A DNA stretch of 64,000 bases, from NCBI GenBank assembly GCA_001949185.1, contig BDGG01000001.1:3613324-3677323 (forward strand), given 5' to 3'. The stretch comes from Ramazzottius varieornatus (lineage: Eukaryota > Animalia > Tardigrada). A model generated the notes under the pieces. That model ran no database searches and was not told where the DNA came from. It worked only from the letters and a program-made list of their open reading frames with translations. The position numbers and the translations under genes were made by a program. This document shows, piece by piece, positions 37,174 to 50,219 of this stretch (position 1 is the first letter of the stretch; each line of letters opens with the position of its first letter).

Positions 37174-40100
37174 ATGTCGACGTCGATGGAGGAGCTTCTT
37201 CAGCATTTCCAACAGCAGCGCCAAGAATCCCTCAACATCTCCAACATCAGCTGTTCCATGGCCCATGCTGTAGCACCTACGACGCTCAGCGATGTTTTAC
37301 CACCATCGTCCCCCGCTTCGCAGCAACAGCAGCAGCTCTTCTTGGTGGGAAATCTGGCTCAGACACAGCGTCCGCGGTTGGCCACTTGGACATTCTCTCC
37401 TGCTGACTCGGGATACGCGGAATCGGTGGCGTCGCCCGGCACTTGTAGCCTTCCCGGTTGCAAGAAGCGCTTCTCAGCTAGCCTAGACGATATTTCGGAT
37501 TCGTCAGGGAGCGGAAACAAGATTCATCGTCAAGGTCGAACACTCATACTGTGGCGGAATTTACTTGAATATTGATTTTATGTTTTTCTATGCGGGTGTT
37601 TCTTCCTTTGCAGAAAGCATCGCGGAAATCGAGGGTTCTGACCTTGAAAAGTAAGTCCGTTTTTGTTCATTCGTATGAAGGCACGAACCCGAAAAAAGTT
37701 GACCGTGGAATTTTCAATTATTCTGAAAATTTGACTTCAGTTCTAGAAAGGATTGTTCCTATTTGATGTCGGGGCTTCAGTAGGTTCCAATTTTTTTCCT
37801 CCTCCAGGAATAATCTTGTTCCAGTTTTGCGCCCTGGAAATTTGAGTAGAATTTTCCGGAAGAGAACCCAGGCTTTGAAGCAAAATATCTGCCATGAGAC
37901 AAATTTTCGGAGTATTATGCTATTATGATATCACTGAGGAGGGACCGTCGTAACCGCTATCTCTGTCAGACTTTTGCAGACTTGTGCTGTATGTTTGTTT
38001 GACTGCTTTTTCCTGGCACGTAGCCAGCCGGTGTAGTTTCTCGCGTAATCTTTTTCGCTGCGAGTGCACTTTGATCGCGTGCAAAGTATCGGGTAGGACT
38101 GTAATTGCAGGCTAGTCTGTCGATTCTATCGCCTGACTTATGCACCGCTTGCACTTTCCCCTTTTGCAGTTCCTTCTTCCGTCTGGACTTCTCGCAAGAA
38201 TATCCCAGCCGCACTGGATGTACGGAGCTTCTGATTTTACGGCAACCGGAAGCGCAGCATCGGCCTCGCTATGAGACGGAGGGCAGTCGCGGCAGGATAA
38301 AAGACCGTTCGGGGAGTATGTGTCCGGCTGTTCAGGTAAAAAAACTGCACATTTGTACCGTTGAATGTGCTTGTTAAAAATTTGGAAGACCGAAAAACCA
38401 TTTAGCGCGTGGGCAAACGAATTGAACCAGACCGTTACCTCAAATGGCGCACGTCTTCGTTGTGATAAGCTGGAAATTTGGGCCACCTGAGAAACGATCT
38501 GCACAATCATTTGCCGACGTCCCATTTTCAAATTAACGTCTTTGATTTGATTTATCATTATTGGAATAAACTACATCAGAAATTTCGGTGTTGAAATGCA
38601 CGGAAATATTTTTCGGCTTTTTAGAAGATCTTTTAGAACATTTTCACGAATATATTTATCTTAACGATGGACTCCCCTTTCAGCTGAGGAATTTTCATGG
38701 ACAATCAGCAGTGTTGCAAGTGTACGTAGCGGTGGAGCGAGGACTGCCCAAGCCGCATCCTCTCTTCCGTGTCTGCAAGGTGAACAGCAAGAGGACGGCG
38801 CCGGCCATTCTCCGATCTCAGCCAGAAGATAATTGCACCATTCTAGAAATACCATTCTCAGCAAAGGACGACTGGACTATCGAGTAAATATCCGGTTAAC
38901 ACTTTAGTCTAGTCTGGCCAGTATCCACGTTATCTTCATTATGACTTCTCTTTGCAGTATCGACTGTTGCAGCCTGGTCAAGCTGCGCAATTCCGACTGC
39001 GATGCCTTGAAGAAGGCGTCCGGTTCAGCTTCGGCGTTGTCAGACGGCAAAGTGGATCCATCCAAACGCCCAAAACGGATGGGATGCCCGAAAGTTCGAT
39101 TGGGCTTCCGCGCCATCCTGACGATGCTAGACGGAAGCATCCTAGTGCTGCAAACGACGTCCTCAACAATTTCTTGCAGTGCGTACCGAAGAGTTTTCAA
39201 TAAATATGTGCCGTCCGGATAGATTTCTTTGACCTGTCTCACTCCCATATTTGGGAACCCGGCAGAAAAAAACACGAAAAGATCGTTTTTGCAAGTGGCG
39301 CACGTTTTCAGTATTAGCAGCGGAAAGCTTGCGCTGCAGGAAAAAACGGTTTTGTCAAGTTTGTTGGCCAAGCTGCGAACTGGAATTTTCTACCGCTGTT
39401 GATTTTCTGTTTCGGTTGATAGGCTCAACTTTGGGCGTGCCTGAAGTACATTTCGTTTCGCACAAGAGCTGTCCGGCTTCCGGTGGACTAGACATCGTGG
39501 TTATCGGTCGAGGGTTTGTCCGGAATGAATCACATCTGTTTGTGATTGAGAGGGATCAGGGTGCGTACTCGATTATGGTTTTTCTTGATGCGCATGCATA
39601 GTATGATACTTTGTTGATCTGTTGTTGGATTGCTGACTTGATTATGCAGTGTTTTTCCTCTTTTTATCAGATGATAACACGTTGTGGGAGGCCGAGCTTG
39701 ATATCGCATGGGATAAGTTTAACCAAGTTCACTTGGTCGGAACCCTTCCTGCTTATCGGGATCCTTCAGTCTCACATCCCGTCCTGGTCTATCTGTCTGT
39801 CAGAAATAACGACGGCAAGAAGAGTGATTTGCAGCCGCTGATATACACACCCGTTGATAGCGTCGAGATCGCACATACAGTCACTGTAGTTACCCGCGAA
39901 GAGCCCGTCAAGGAACTCTCCCACTCTAGCGTTAAAATCGATCCATACCCCATTCAACCCAAAAGCCCCGATAGCCCGGTGCTGATTGCTAGTCAGCCGC
40001 CAGTCGGCGTCCTAGCTGACGGGAATATCCATTATTTGATCCAGCTGCCCGGAACGGCGCAACCCATCATCATTACGGTCCCTCAACCAAACAACGTTGT

Positions 40101-40761
40101 CACGCAAGAGCTCCCCCAGTTCGCTGTGGAGACAGTCAGCCCAGCAGTCGAACAGAAACCCTTCCCTCTTCCACAGTCACCCACTAGTTACGATCAGCCA
40201 GTGCTCGAATCCCACGTGTGTCCAGCGGAAGAGACGTGTAGTGTGGTGGCAGAACGATCAAACTACATCAATTCCACAGAGTCGGGCTTGCCCTCGGGAT
40301 CTGACGGCGGGAAGGAGGACTGCGAGAATGCCGCTTCTCAGTTGGATCAGCTGCTGAGGGAAATCTTTGGCTTTGACATTCTACCGGAAGCCTACCCACA
40401 GGTGCTGGCTGGTGCGGCGCAACAGCAACAAGACAACCAGCAACACCAGCAATGCTACCAGGCGTACGACATGGACCTGGGCAATGGTAAGTGCTCCTGA
40501 GATTTAGTTACGGATGAAAGAACAACAGACTGAAAATGGAATGCGGGAATTCGGCAAGATCGTTTTTCTAAAGGCGCACGCGTTCAGCCACTGACACTGA
40601 AAATGCGCGCCACTTGAGAAAACGATCTAGTCGTGTTTGTTTAGCGCGCTTCTCGTATCAATTGAAATGTTTCTTGTTTTCTAGCTGAAGCTTGGTTGAT
40701 GGAAGTGGAACAAGAAAACTCAGCCGGATATGCGGATTACGAATCGTCGGGCCGTCAGTGA
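37174..40761 (+). CDS. NFAT-family Rel-homology transcription factor, multi-exon
   Basis: ELLILRQPEAQHRPRYETEGSRGRIKDR, KPHPLFRVCKV, IDCCSLVKLRNSD, IPT domain (GVPEVHFVSHKSCPASGG...GRGF, WEAELD, PAYRD), Q/P-rich tail. Confidence 0.9.
38420..38525. repeat. Palindromic element (N27 family), NFAT intron
   Basis: caaatggcgca 38441-38451, 27-nt spacer, tgggccacctg 38479-38489. Confidence 0.65.
39250..39375. repeat. Palindromic element (N27 family), NFAT intron
   Basis: caagtggcgca 39292-39302, 27-nt spacer, degenerate right arm tgcgctgcagg. Confidence 0.65.
40545..40650. repeat. Palindromic element (N27 family), last NFAT intron
   Basis: agatcgtttttctaaaggcgca, 27-nt spacer, cgcgccacttgagaaaacgatct. 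Confidence 0.75.
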
Positions 40762-41431
40762 CGGTCGGCCACGGGAACAGCACGCTACAATTTTCAATTT
40801 TGTTAACCATCGGTTATAGTTTGTTTTTGTATATTCCATCTAACCGTGTACGCTTTTAGTGTTAATTCTAAGTATCTATACTTTCATTGCTACGATAACT
40901 GGGAATTTTCTCCTTACTGTGCACTGCCGCCGTGACTGACCAGGTATAGGAAACCTTCTTCCTGGTGATTCGCGTTTGTTCTGCAACGCCCGCACACCAA
41001 GATAATCGTCTTTGTTACTGAGAGTCCGATCATTTGTTCCAGTTCTTTCTCGCAAAAGGCGCTCAAAAAAATTTTGATCTTGATTTTAAATTCACTGTGT
41101 CTTTGTCGGCTTCGCCTACTTTTATTTTGTGTTGTACAGCCACTTTGAAAAACGTAACAAAAATAAATTGTAACTCTGCGTCGCTTCTAACGGATCGATG
41201 ATGGGTTGAAATAAATATGCTGAATCTGTCTGGTACTATGCTTCGATTTACAAGGAATGAAAATTCTTTTAGGAACGAAGGAACAAAGATGGGATTATGT
41301 AGGAACTCGGATGTTCCTGTCCACTGTTCGTGAAACAGAGCTTAGTACGCTAGCTAACCAGTAGCCAGTTCACCGGGATGGTACGTCATCGCGGCCATCG
41401 GGGACAGTGGTACGTCGTGGGGTGTTTTCTC

Positions 41432-42218
41432 TAGTGTTGTTCCGATTATTGTAATTCGTAATTGAAAATGGCCAAATTTGACGGTTTTGGAATTCCGTTA
41501 TAACAATTCAAATTGCAAATACTGGGTTGGTCATTCCGATATTAATCGGAATCGAATCGAAATTCCAAGAACGAGAAGATATTTTAATGTACAATTGAAA
41601 ACCATGTTGGTAATTCGAATAATAACTCACAACAAAGAAGCGCGCAAAATGCACGTCGGTATATCACTTTCTCGCCTTGTGAAGCACCGTCAGTGCTTGA
41701 TTGAGTGACTACGGTGCGCTGGTGCACGTACACAGCAAAATCAGAATGCGTACAAAGTGCTTCGCGAAGCTGCAGTTCGTTCTTGTATGACGTATACGCG
41801 ACCAGCACCCGGTGGGCCTTGCTAGGGTTCTATTTCTCCAGTGGGGTTCAGGTTTACCCCTACGCGACGCACCGTGGCTCCTTCATGAGCATAACAGTCC
41901 GTATTGACGACAGCCATCCGTACTGGATACCTTGGGAACGACGTATTCTCCACGAAATACCAGAGGGTCAATCTGAACGCTTACCCGTCCGACGCGTGGT
42001 ACCGAACAGAAATGCTAATTTTATGAAAACTCAAATTACAAAACACCATCCCAATAATTCGAATAATTTCAATTGTTGTCGAAACTTGAATTTGAATTAA
42101 TTGTAATTGACGATCCAGCCAGGACGAGGTACTTGTGATCCAAATTGCTGCTACGCGAGGGATTCCGATTAATTGTAATTGCAATTGAAACTGAAAAAGT
42201 CACATCGGAAGAACACTG
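41432..42218 (+). mobile_element. Non-autonomous hAT element (787 bp)
   Basis: TIRs tagtgttgttccgat / atcggaagaacactg and a perfect 8-bp TSD gttttctc at 41424-41431 and 42219-42226. A second copy lies at 3177-3763. Confidence 0.92.
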
Positions 42219-42443
42219 GTTTTCTCTCGTACTATTATCCAACAGTTTCAAATGATTCAAGACAGAAAGTGATGCTACCTGTTGCATACTGGAGCCTAAC
42301 TTGGAATTTCTTAAGTATTGCGCTCCTTGAATCATCAGGATCACTTTGTTAGTCATGCTCTAGAGTTCGTTTTTGGAATTCTTTGCTGCAGATAATCCTG
42401 AAAAGGTTCGCGTCTCCTCAAGCAAGACTAGCGATCGACAGGC

Positions 42444-42778
42444 GATGGAGTGGACGGGGGAAGATGAGCGACAGCTGGCCGTGGTACGCGCCGGAACAAC
42501 CATATCCGCGACATCCCCAATAGTATCCTCCTGGATGTCTTTCAACATCTTGACGCCATCAGCCGCCTTCGCAAGAGACTGTGAGTAATCTTCTTAGTAC
42601 CAAAGACATGCGAGTCGCCTCCCGGTGTTGAACATCGTTGTTTTGGTCAGGGTATCTGAAGAGTGGAATGAAATGCTGACGTCGTGCCAGCTGACTATAG
42701 AGAGCATTTTCCTGGGCTTCGACAGGTACACGTGTACTATAGGGAATCCGATCTTCCAGCGCGAGGGAAGACCTTGAT
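42444..42778 (+). pseudogene. F-box protein gene fragment, probably pseudogenised
   Basis: IRDIPNSILLDVFQHLDAISRLRKRL|VSEEWNEML across a GT-AG intron (~42572-42650) fits the F-box consensus. There is an in-frame stop just upstream and stops downstream. Confidence 0.55.
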
Positions 42779-44119
42779 GGAAACTGCACCGACTACGGAT
42801 CCTGTGATCACAGGTGGTAGAATGAACCGTGCTCGGACTCCTCAGTTCAAAGCGAGGTTCAGTAAAGTCCAGAGCCTCATCAGCGACTGTCACTACGTAG
42901 CGATGTTTTGTCGACGCTGACACGCTGTGTGTTCGTATCAACGCGCCTCTCGCACTGTGGAAACCTTGACTCAGCACGAAAACTCTCTCGTCGCTCAGGG
43001 GTTTGCGTTTCCTTGTGCGAATCAAATTCGTTTCTTCTCCCTGGGCGTTCTCGCAGGCTTGGAGTATCGCTTTTTGCGACAGAATGATGGATGAGGAATG
43101 CTTATGAGGAATGGATCTATGCATGGTCCGGTGGGTGTTCAGTCGCATCAACTCGTGTTTAACCGTCCATTGTGGGTTGACAAGAACGTGAACGAGATTT
43201 GTCTGGGAAGCTATGTGATCCTTCGCATACCTGTCGCGGCAGAACAAGTGCACCAGAAGGGAAGTGTGGAATATTTGGCCTTCCGACTGCAAAGTGGACC
43301 TTCTCACTCCCACATCTGTGCTGCTCGCGACGCTTCCTCCTATCTACCAAATGCTGGTGTGCGACAGTTCGTCAAGTCCAAAACACAGAACGGAAACTAC
43401 TTTTCTCCTGGATATGCCGAATTTAGACCTGCGGACGCGCTGTAAGTCAGCTTACCGTCAACTCGGACAAGCGTCCCTGTTGATAATTACGCCGGCTTTT
43501 GATATTTACAGGAGCCAGTTGGTTACGTGTATTCCGGAAGACATCGGTAACACGCCTATCTCCCGAATTGGGTTGGCCAGCATGAATCACTCTTTTCTGT
43601 ATCCTCTCACTAGGATGTGATAGACCTAACGCGAGTCCTTCTCCGCCCAAGACTTCCTTTTTTGCGTCGATCCCCTGTTCGGTATTTGCGAATCTTCTGT
43701 TCCGCTTTGTTTTTGCCGCGCGTTCAGTATAACTCATCATAGTCTACGCGTGGCGTTGTAAAGACGTTTCTGTTTTAGATGGCCACTACGGTAGTATTTT
43801 GTCTAGGACTACGTGTACCGGAGTGACTGAAAGTTTACAAGAGGTACGGTCTAACATGGGCGGTACGTAAAGTTTCTGACAAGATTGCGGTGAGCTTCTG
43901 GTACATAATACCTTCGTAGCTCACCAGCCGGTGTTTCGACAATGATAGCGCGCTCTTTCGGTAGTGAGAGACTCTTGACTACTTGAGATCAGTGCATCTG
44001 AGAGTTTATCCTTGCTGGTGGACACACACGGCAGAGTTTTTGAAGTGTGGTTTGATGAAAAGAGGAAGTTAAACATTCATGCCGGTGTGCATTTCTCGGA
44101 CCCACTTTCCGCGTAGCAG

Positions 44120-47015
44120 ATGGCGGAGAACAGGATTATTGGATTGACATTCCGGAGTAATATTTTATTCTCGTTATTATGTCTAGGATATACAAGAAGC
44201 CAGGTGAACATCATCGGTATGCCTCGATCCGAGCTGAACGTGGATCTCACTATCAAGAATGGCTCCGGAAGTGAAATCGACACACGACGACCTCTTGGAC
44301 CCTATCCTGTGGGAACTACGCTGACGATCTTTTGTGAAACCAAGCATCCGGTCATTTCTCATCTAGCATGGTAAGTTCGCGTCGCATTCTTCAACGCCCT
44401 CTCCGAAAGCTTTTGTAGTGGTTGCTTTTCGTTATTTTTCCAAATAATTTGTGTTCGCTGGAGCTGTATCCGAAAGTTGGGAAACTAAACCCCACCTACG
44501 TACGTTTAAACCTTATACGGGCACGGTGTAAGCGTATGCAGGTGGCCGGTCGCAAAGCTAGTTTCGTTCTGATTGACGTTATTGTTTTCTGCTTTGTAGG
44601 TCTCGAGATGGGATTGAATACTACGGTACTGTCTCGCGATTTTCCGACGGACTGTTGCAGAACGAGCTAAAGTTAACAATCAGCCCAGCTGACAAGTCCT
44701 CGGAATATAAATGTCGTGGCCTCAACCTTCGTTACGACCCAGTTGTCGAAAAGAGTGTGCGGTTGGAGATTAGGGGTAAGTCTGAGTGACTATGGAACAA
44801 AAGCAAGCACGTAACCTATTCTTCTACTTCTCTTTTCAAGATCAAGCTCAAGTGTCGTTCTCCGCCAGCATTCTTCCCCTCAATGGGACGTTCAAGGCGA
44901 ACGACACCGTCAGCCTGCGATGCTTGGCGCAGGGTTCTCGTGGACCTGCGATCATCACATGGTGGAAAGACAACAGGCTGATGAACGAGACAAACGTTTC
45001 TGCCACACCAGGTAACCGGAAGTTAGAAATCAGCGTACCTGTATAACGGAAGAACTATAAAAGTAGCACCGGTAATTATTTATTAGATTTTCTTTTCACG
45101 TTGGAGTTCTGTGCTGTTGATTGAGTCATGGGAGAGTCTTGTCCATCAAATTCTCAAGCACCGATGGCTAATCACGTTGCCTTGACTTTAATCGAAACGG
45201 CGAATTACTTTGAAATACCCAAGTCTGTTTGTTTATTGACATAATATTGAAGGCATGGATCAACGGCGGAGTAAAGCTTAATTTCTTATGCAGGCATAAC
45301 TGTCCGCAATGGCATTACCAACACAGAGTCTTACCTCACTTTCAAGGCTGCCACTACCGACGACGGCGTCACCATTTTCTGCCGAGCCATGTCGGCATTG
45401 TCGCAGATGAACGAGAACGCCACCGCAGAAGCCACCCTCAAGCTGGAAATTTACTGTAAGAAAATGCGGAAACTCGAGAAAATATCAACATAGAAATTAA
45501 TAATGAAAAAATATTCAGCTAGGAAAAGACTATAATGATAATTCCTTCTAGATTTACCGTACGCTCATATTACAAGAAACGATACCATATTTTCCAAAGA
45601 GAATGGTCCGATAAACATCCCGTGTTCAATCAGAGCTCATCCATCTGTTGATAAAGTTCGCTGGTACCGGAACGACAAGCTGATCTACGAGGACAAGATG
45701 AAGAACCCTTTGACACCTCCCTCTGCGAACGACAGTATTACTACAACCACCTCTATTCCAAGTTTCAGCGACCTGCAGACCAATGCACTGCGGATTCTGC
45801 AGGTCTCGCGGGGAGACGTAGGGATGTATTCTTGTGAAGCGCACAACAGCGCAGGATGGGGACCTCGAAGCAACCAGGTCGAAGTGAAAGTGCAATGTAG
45901 GTCGAACCGTGAGTCTCTCCAAAAAGTAATTCGGTCAAAAAGCTTGGTCTTTCTTCTCTGTAGATAAGCCGGGACCAGCGAAGACAGCAAAGCAGCAGAC
46001 CTCGACGGAAGTACATGCTGCGGAGGGAGAGAAGGTAACGTTGACTTGCTCCGTGGCAGACCCCGGGAACCCTCCATCCTTTACGTTCATCTGGAGAAAA
46101 GAAGGCGCGTTCCTCAGTCGTGGACACGTCCACACCATCAATTCTGTCCATGACAAACACTTTGGATTGTATACCTGCGCGCCATACAATGGCGCAGGTG
46201 AAGGCGACGCCGCTTCCATCAACTTGACCAGAAAAGGTAGGCTGGTTCATCGTGAAGCTGCTCGCCACCGAGGGTAAACAGATTTTGCAACAAATTTTGC
46301 TCTTATCGTAGTGGAAGAACCCGTTCTACAATCCGCCGAAAGTAACCTTCTGATCGGTGCCAGTGTTACCGGCATCGTCGCGGGAACCATTCTTCTGGCC
46401 ATCGTGATATGGTGCTTATGTTCAAGCAAGACTTGTCGGAGAAATAAGCAGGTAAGAAAAGCAAAAGTGAATGGGCCAGATGTTCACAAATAAAAGTGAC
46501 TGGATTCGAATATTGGAAATCTATTGTACAACATTAACAAGGAGACAGATATAATCTGGAAAGTGTTTGGGAAAACTGTAACAAAAAAGGCGGTATGGGA
46601 AAGTGACACGAGATACGTATTCCATGGATGGATGGGTGTCCTTCGCCACGCTGACTACCAAGATCCGACACATACGCTCATTGCATAATCAAAAAGCCCG
46701 TTTGTATTTTGACAGAATACCCACTTGACGTCCAAGTTCGCCACGGCGTATCCGCCTTTGACTCTGCCATCTCTGCCACGACCTCATCTCATAACAAATC
46801 CACAATCATCCACTTTGTCTCGCGAAAATCATCTGGGACGCCCAAACATCAACAAACCTGGCTCCACCACATGCGCCACGGGCGGCTTCATCTTTGGTAA
46901 CTCTTATACTAATAACAGCAATACCTCTGTCGCAAGAGCAAATTACTATCCAACCTGGTACTCGCAGCGAACTGACCAAACCAATTCGTATTTGGAAAGG
47001 AATTATAGATATTAA
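44120..47015 (+). CDS. Type I membrane IgSF protein (about 4 Ig domains; nephrin/sidestep-like)
   Basis: Signal peptide; Ig motifs (LTIFCET...W, LRCLAQGSRGPAIITWWK, DVGMYSCEAHN, VTLTCSVADPGNPP...YTCAPYN); TM GASVTGIVAGTILLAIVIWCLC; cytoplasmic tail ending YLERNYRY. Confidence 0.8.
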
Positions 47016-47305
47016 TTCATCGAGTTTCCCAGCTCTTCTTCCGCACCTCTGTTCTTCGGTCCTCCGTATTAGCTGCTTCCTCTAGACACAGGTCGGTCAC
47101 TGTACGCGTTGTTTTTGTTGATATGCCAGATAAATAATCAAAATAAATAAATAATTTCGTATGGACATCAGCAGCTCTCTGGCGATGCGGACCTGCGTAC
47201 AGTCTGCGTGTTGGTGCTGCATTCCGTAAGAAACGACTATGAATGTCCCAGTGTTCCTTTGAGAGACTATAACTCAATGACCTTTCGCAGTCAACTTCTT
47301 TGGCT

Positions 47306-48044
47306 ATGTCTGAACCTTTGGTCCGGTACCCGACAGTGGTCATGATTACATCGTCCGTGGAGACCTGTACGGGTATTTTTGGCCTGGCCTGCAACGCCTT
47401 GAACGCTCTTTTGGGTATGTTCTATTTTGCTCCTTCTGTTTTTGCTCAGGTTCTTCTGAACGAGTTGCTTCATTGTAGCGTACAAGGTAGAAGGCTATCG
47501 TCAGCTTCTTGCGGCGTATTGGTCTTCGGAGAAGTCCGCGGAGACCTTACTGGACCTGACCAATTGCCTCATTCTCCTGGCGGCAGGAAAGAAGGGGAAG
47601 GCAGTAGCTCGTCAGCAAGTTGGCGAAGAGCTCAACACGTTCTTCACCGACTTTCTGACGTGGAACACCATGGGCGCCATAGTTTCCGCATTGCAGTTTA
47701 TCTTTCTGGCGGTTGAGATTATATTCTTGACCGAAGAGCAAACGAAAATGACAGGTATCCGATGGCTGACAGCTCTTCCGCTCATGAAAACAACAATGGT
47801 CCTGCTCATACAGTGTTTCGCGGTCTGTCTTGACATGATACCCTGGTGGGAACTTCCTCCTGTCAGGAAAGTATGGAAGGTAGTGAAGATGTACCTCCAG
47901 CGAGACCAGGAAGTGGACGTTCCACCTTTCTCACGTCGCCGCAGAAGGAATGGCTTCTGCCGCATAGATACCCTCATTTCGAAAGCACCGACCACTGCAC
48001 AGACGAGCGTTCGTTCTGAGACCTTTGTTGATCAGAAATTATAA
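47306..48044 (+). CDS. Small four-transmembrane protein of unknown family
   Basis: Exon 47306-47415 splices (phase 1) to 47479-48044, giving a continuous ORF with four hydrophobic segments and a basic cytoplasmic tail. Confidence 0.6.
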
Positions 48045-48326
48045 CTTTCATCTTTCTTGGGCCATTCATGAAACTGTACTTCGTGGTGGAAAACACCTGC
48101 ATGATCAACTTAACTTAGTTTATGTTTTCTCGATACTGTGAACAAGTTCGCTCAAAAGAGACCGAAAGATAGAACCAAAAACGGCTGAAATAAGAAAATC
48201 AAATTTCGCAGCTACGGAGTATTCCAGACTATCAACAACTTATGTAGAGATCACAACCAAGAGCTCAAGAGAACCCAAAGCTAAAAGCTGTACGTTTAAA
48301 CAACCAGTCTATGTCAGAAGAAAAAA

Positions 48327-49562
48327 CTAGATAAAGCGATGAACGGTGGGCTTTCCGCTGTTCCCATTCCTTGACTTGGTTGGCTTCTTCTTATTCGTTG
48401 CCTGCAACAGATCGTTAATGACGGCAACGACAGGACTAGAGGAATTATTAGAAATGGTCAAAGTGATGGGTCTGTTGGTTGATTGTGAGGAAACAGTGGT
48501 GGAATCTCGAGTTATCGAAGTGGCAACTGAAGATGATGGTAACGTCCACGTTTGGCTAGTGGTGGTACTCGTACTCGAAGTGTCAGCAGACGACGGATCA
48601 GCTTCATCACTGGTGGCTGTGGTAGTTGACCCGGAAGTTGTCGTCCTGGACCCGGAAGAAGACGATTCGTCAGTGTTGGAGGAAGGAGCTCCGGTAGTTT
48701 GGATCACTCCAGTAGTTCTTCTGGAAGGTCGTGATGATCGTGTGGTGCTGTCATCTGGCGACGAGGAAGTGGTTGAGTCTGTTGGCTCTTCAGTGCGCGA
48801 GTTGTCCGGGGTGCTGCCGCTGGTGCGCGTCTTGTCCGGGGTGACGTTGTTATCAGGAAATAGGATGAGGATGTTTGGCGCTCCTCCAGCATTCTCGTTT
48901 CCTGGTTGGTTGTTATAACCTGTACCTTCTTGAGAGTTGGCAGAGTTGTCCACTGCTCTGTTGTTGTTAGAGGAAGGCTGTCCGTAAGGTGTGTTGTTGC
49001 CTTGAGTTCCTCCTATTTCCGGGTTCGCGCCTTCTTCAGCAGGGTCAACTGGCTGCTCCACCATCGTCGGGTCCACCACCATCGTCGGGTCCACCACCAT
49101 TGTAGGATCCACCATCACCGGATCCACCACAGCTGGATCAATCACGCTCATGCCAATACCTGCTCACAGGACAACGGAAGAAAATTAATTATCGTGAGAA
49201 TGGTCCTAAATCTCAGTGAAAATATTCAATCTGGAAGCGCTCGAAATAGTTCTGTCGGCAAAATATTACCTGGATAGTTCATGGCATAGCCCCGTCCGAA
49301 TCTACCACCGAATGGTCCTCCCATGTATGGATTCCTCCAAAAGCCGGGACGGAAACCACGACGGAAACCACGACGGAAACCAGGACCACCTGTAAGTTCA
49401 AAAAAGAACTGAGGATAAAAACGCAGCAAATCAGTCAATCAAACGGAGGGGCACGAAGGACAAAGTTTACAGAAACTTACCGAATTGGTAACCAGGAAAT
49501 CCCAAGACAGATCCTGTGCTAATCACAGCTATAAACAACAGGAGACATGTGCTGAATGCCAT
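48327..49562 (-). CDS. Secreted low-complexity protein: Gly/Phe/Arg block, VDPTM repeats, Ser/Thr mucin-like region
   Basis: Signal exon 49562-49481 (MAFSTCLLLFIAVISTGSVLG), exon 2 GGPGFRRGFRRGFRPGFW..., exon 3 274+ aa; phase-1 splice junctions. Confidence 0.75.
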
Positions 49563-50219
49563 TGTGACGGAGTATGGAAACGAAAGGGATCAGGGTAATC
49601 CAAAAGGATAAAAAAGGGAGGACTTCCGGGTCTCGAAAAAGCCTACACTCAATCCAGTATGTCTAAAGCACAGACACAAGCTTCGCTTCGAATAAAATGC
49701 GACCTCGAAATTTGAACGCCAATATCAGCGTCTCAGACTCTGCTCTCTGAGTTTTACCAGTTGGAATCGGCTGCGAAAATACAAAAGGTTTATCTTCGAT
49801 GTGATCGCTTGCTTCCTGATTCATATCGTACTATACTTCAACAGCGGGCCCACTGGACAATGGTCACCTGATTTTACAATGACGTCAGCCTCAAGCCTCC
49901 TATTCGTGATCCTCTACGTGTGCGGAATTTCGACTTTGATTGATTGTTTGACCTAGCCATCCATGCAGCTAGTCTAGGCTGTCTAGCCGGCCCCCGACCA
50001 AGACAGCAAAAGGATGTAGAACCGCGAAAGTGATGCTCTGTGGTTCTTCAAAAGTAACCATGGTAGTGCGCCATCGGCAAACGCGGTTTGCAGGGAACTG
50101 AGGAAAGATGTTTCGGTAGCAGCTATTACGCACAGTTGAGTTTCGGGCTGCACCGGAAGTAGGTTAGGGCACTGTAGTACTTTTCGGGACCTGTACTATC
50201 CTATCTTTAATTTTCGTCA

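Noticed and set aside
40060-40085. QPIIITVP as a calcineurin PxIxIT site in NFAT
   Set aside because: The register does not fit PxIxIT, and it is C-terminal rather than N-terminal.
42594-43313. 239-aa minus-strand ORF
   Set aside because: Antisense to the F-box fragment, non-ATG start, atypical composition.
48346-48918. Val-rich plus-strand ORF
   Set aside because: Shadow of the Ser/Thr-rich minus-strand gene.
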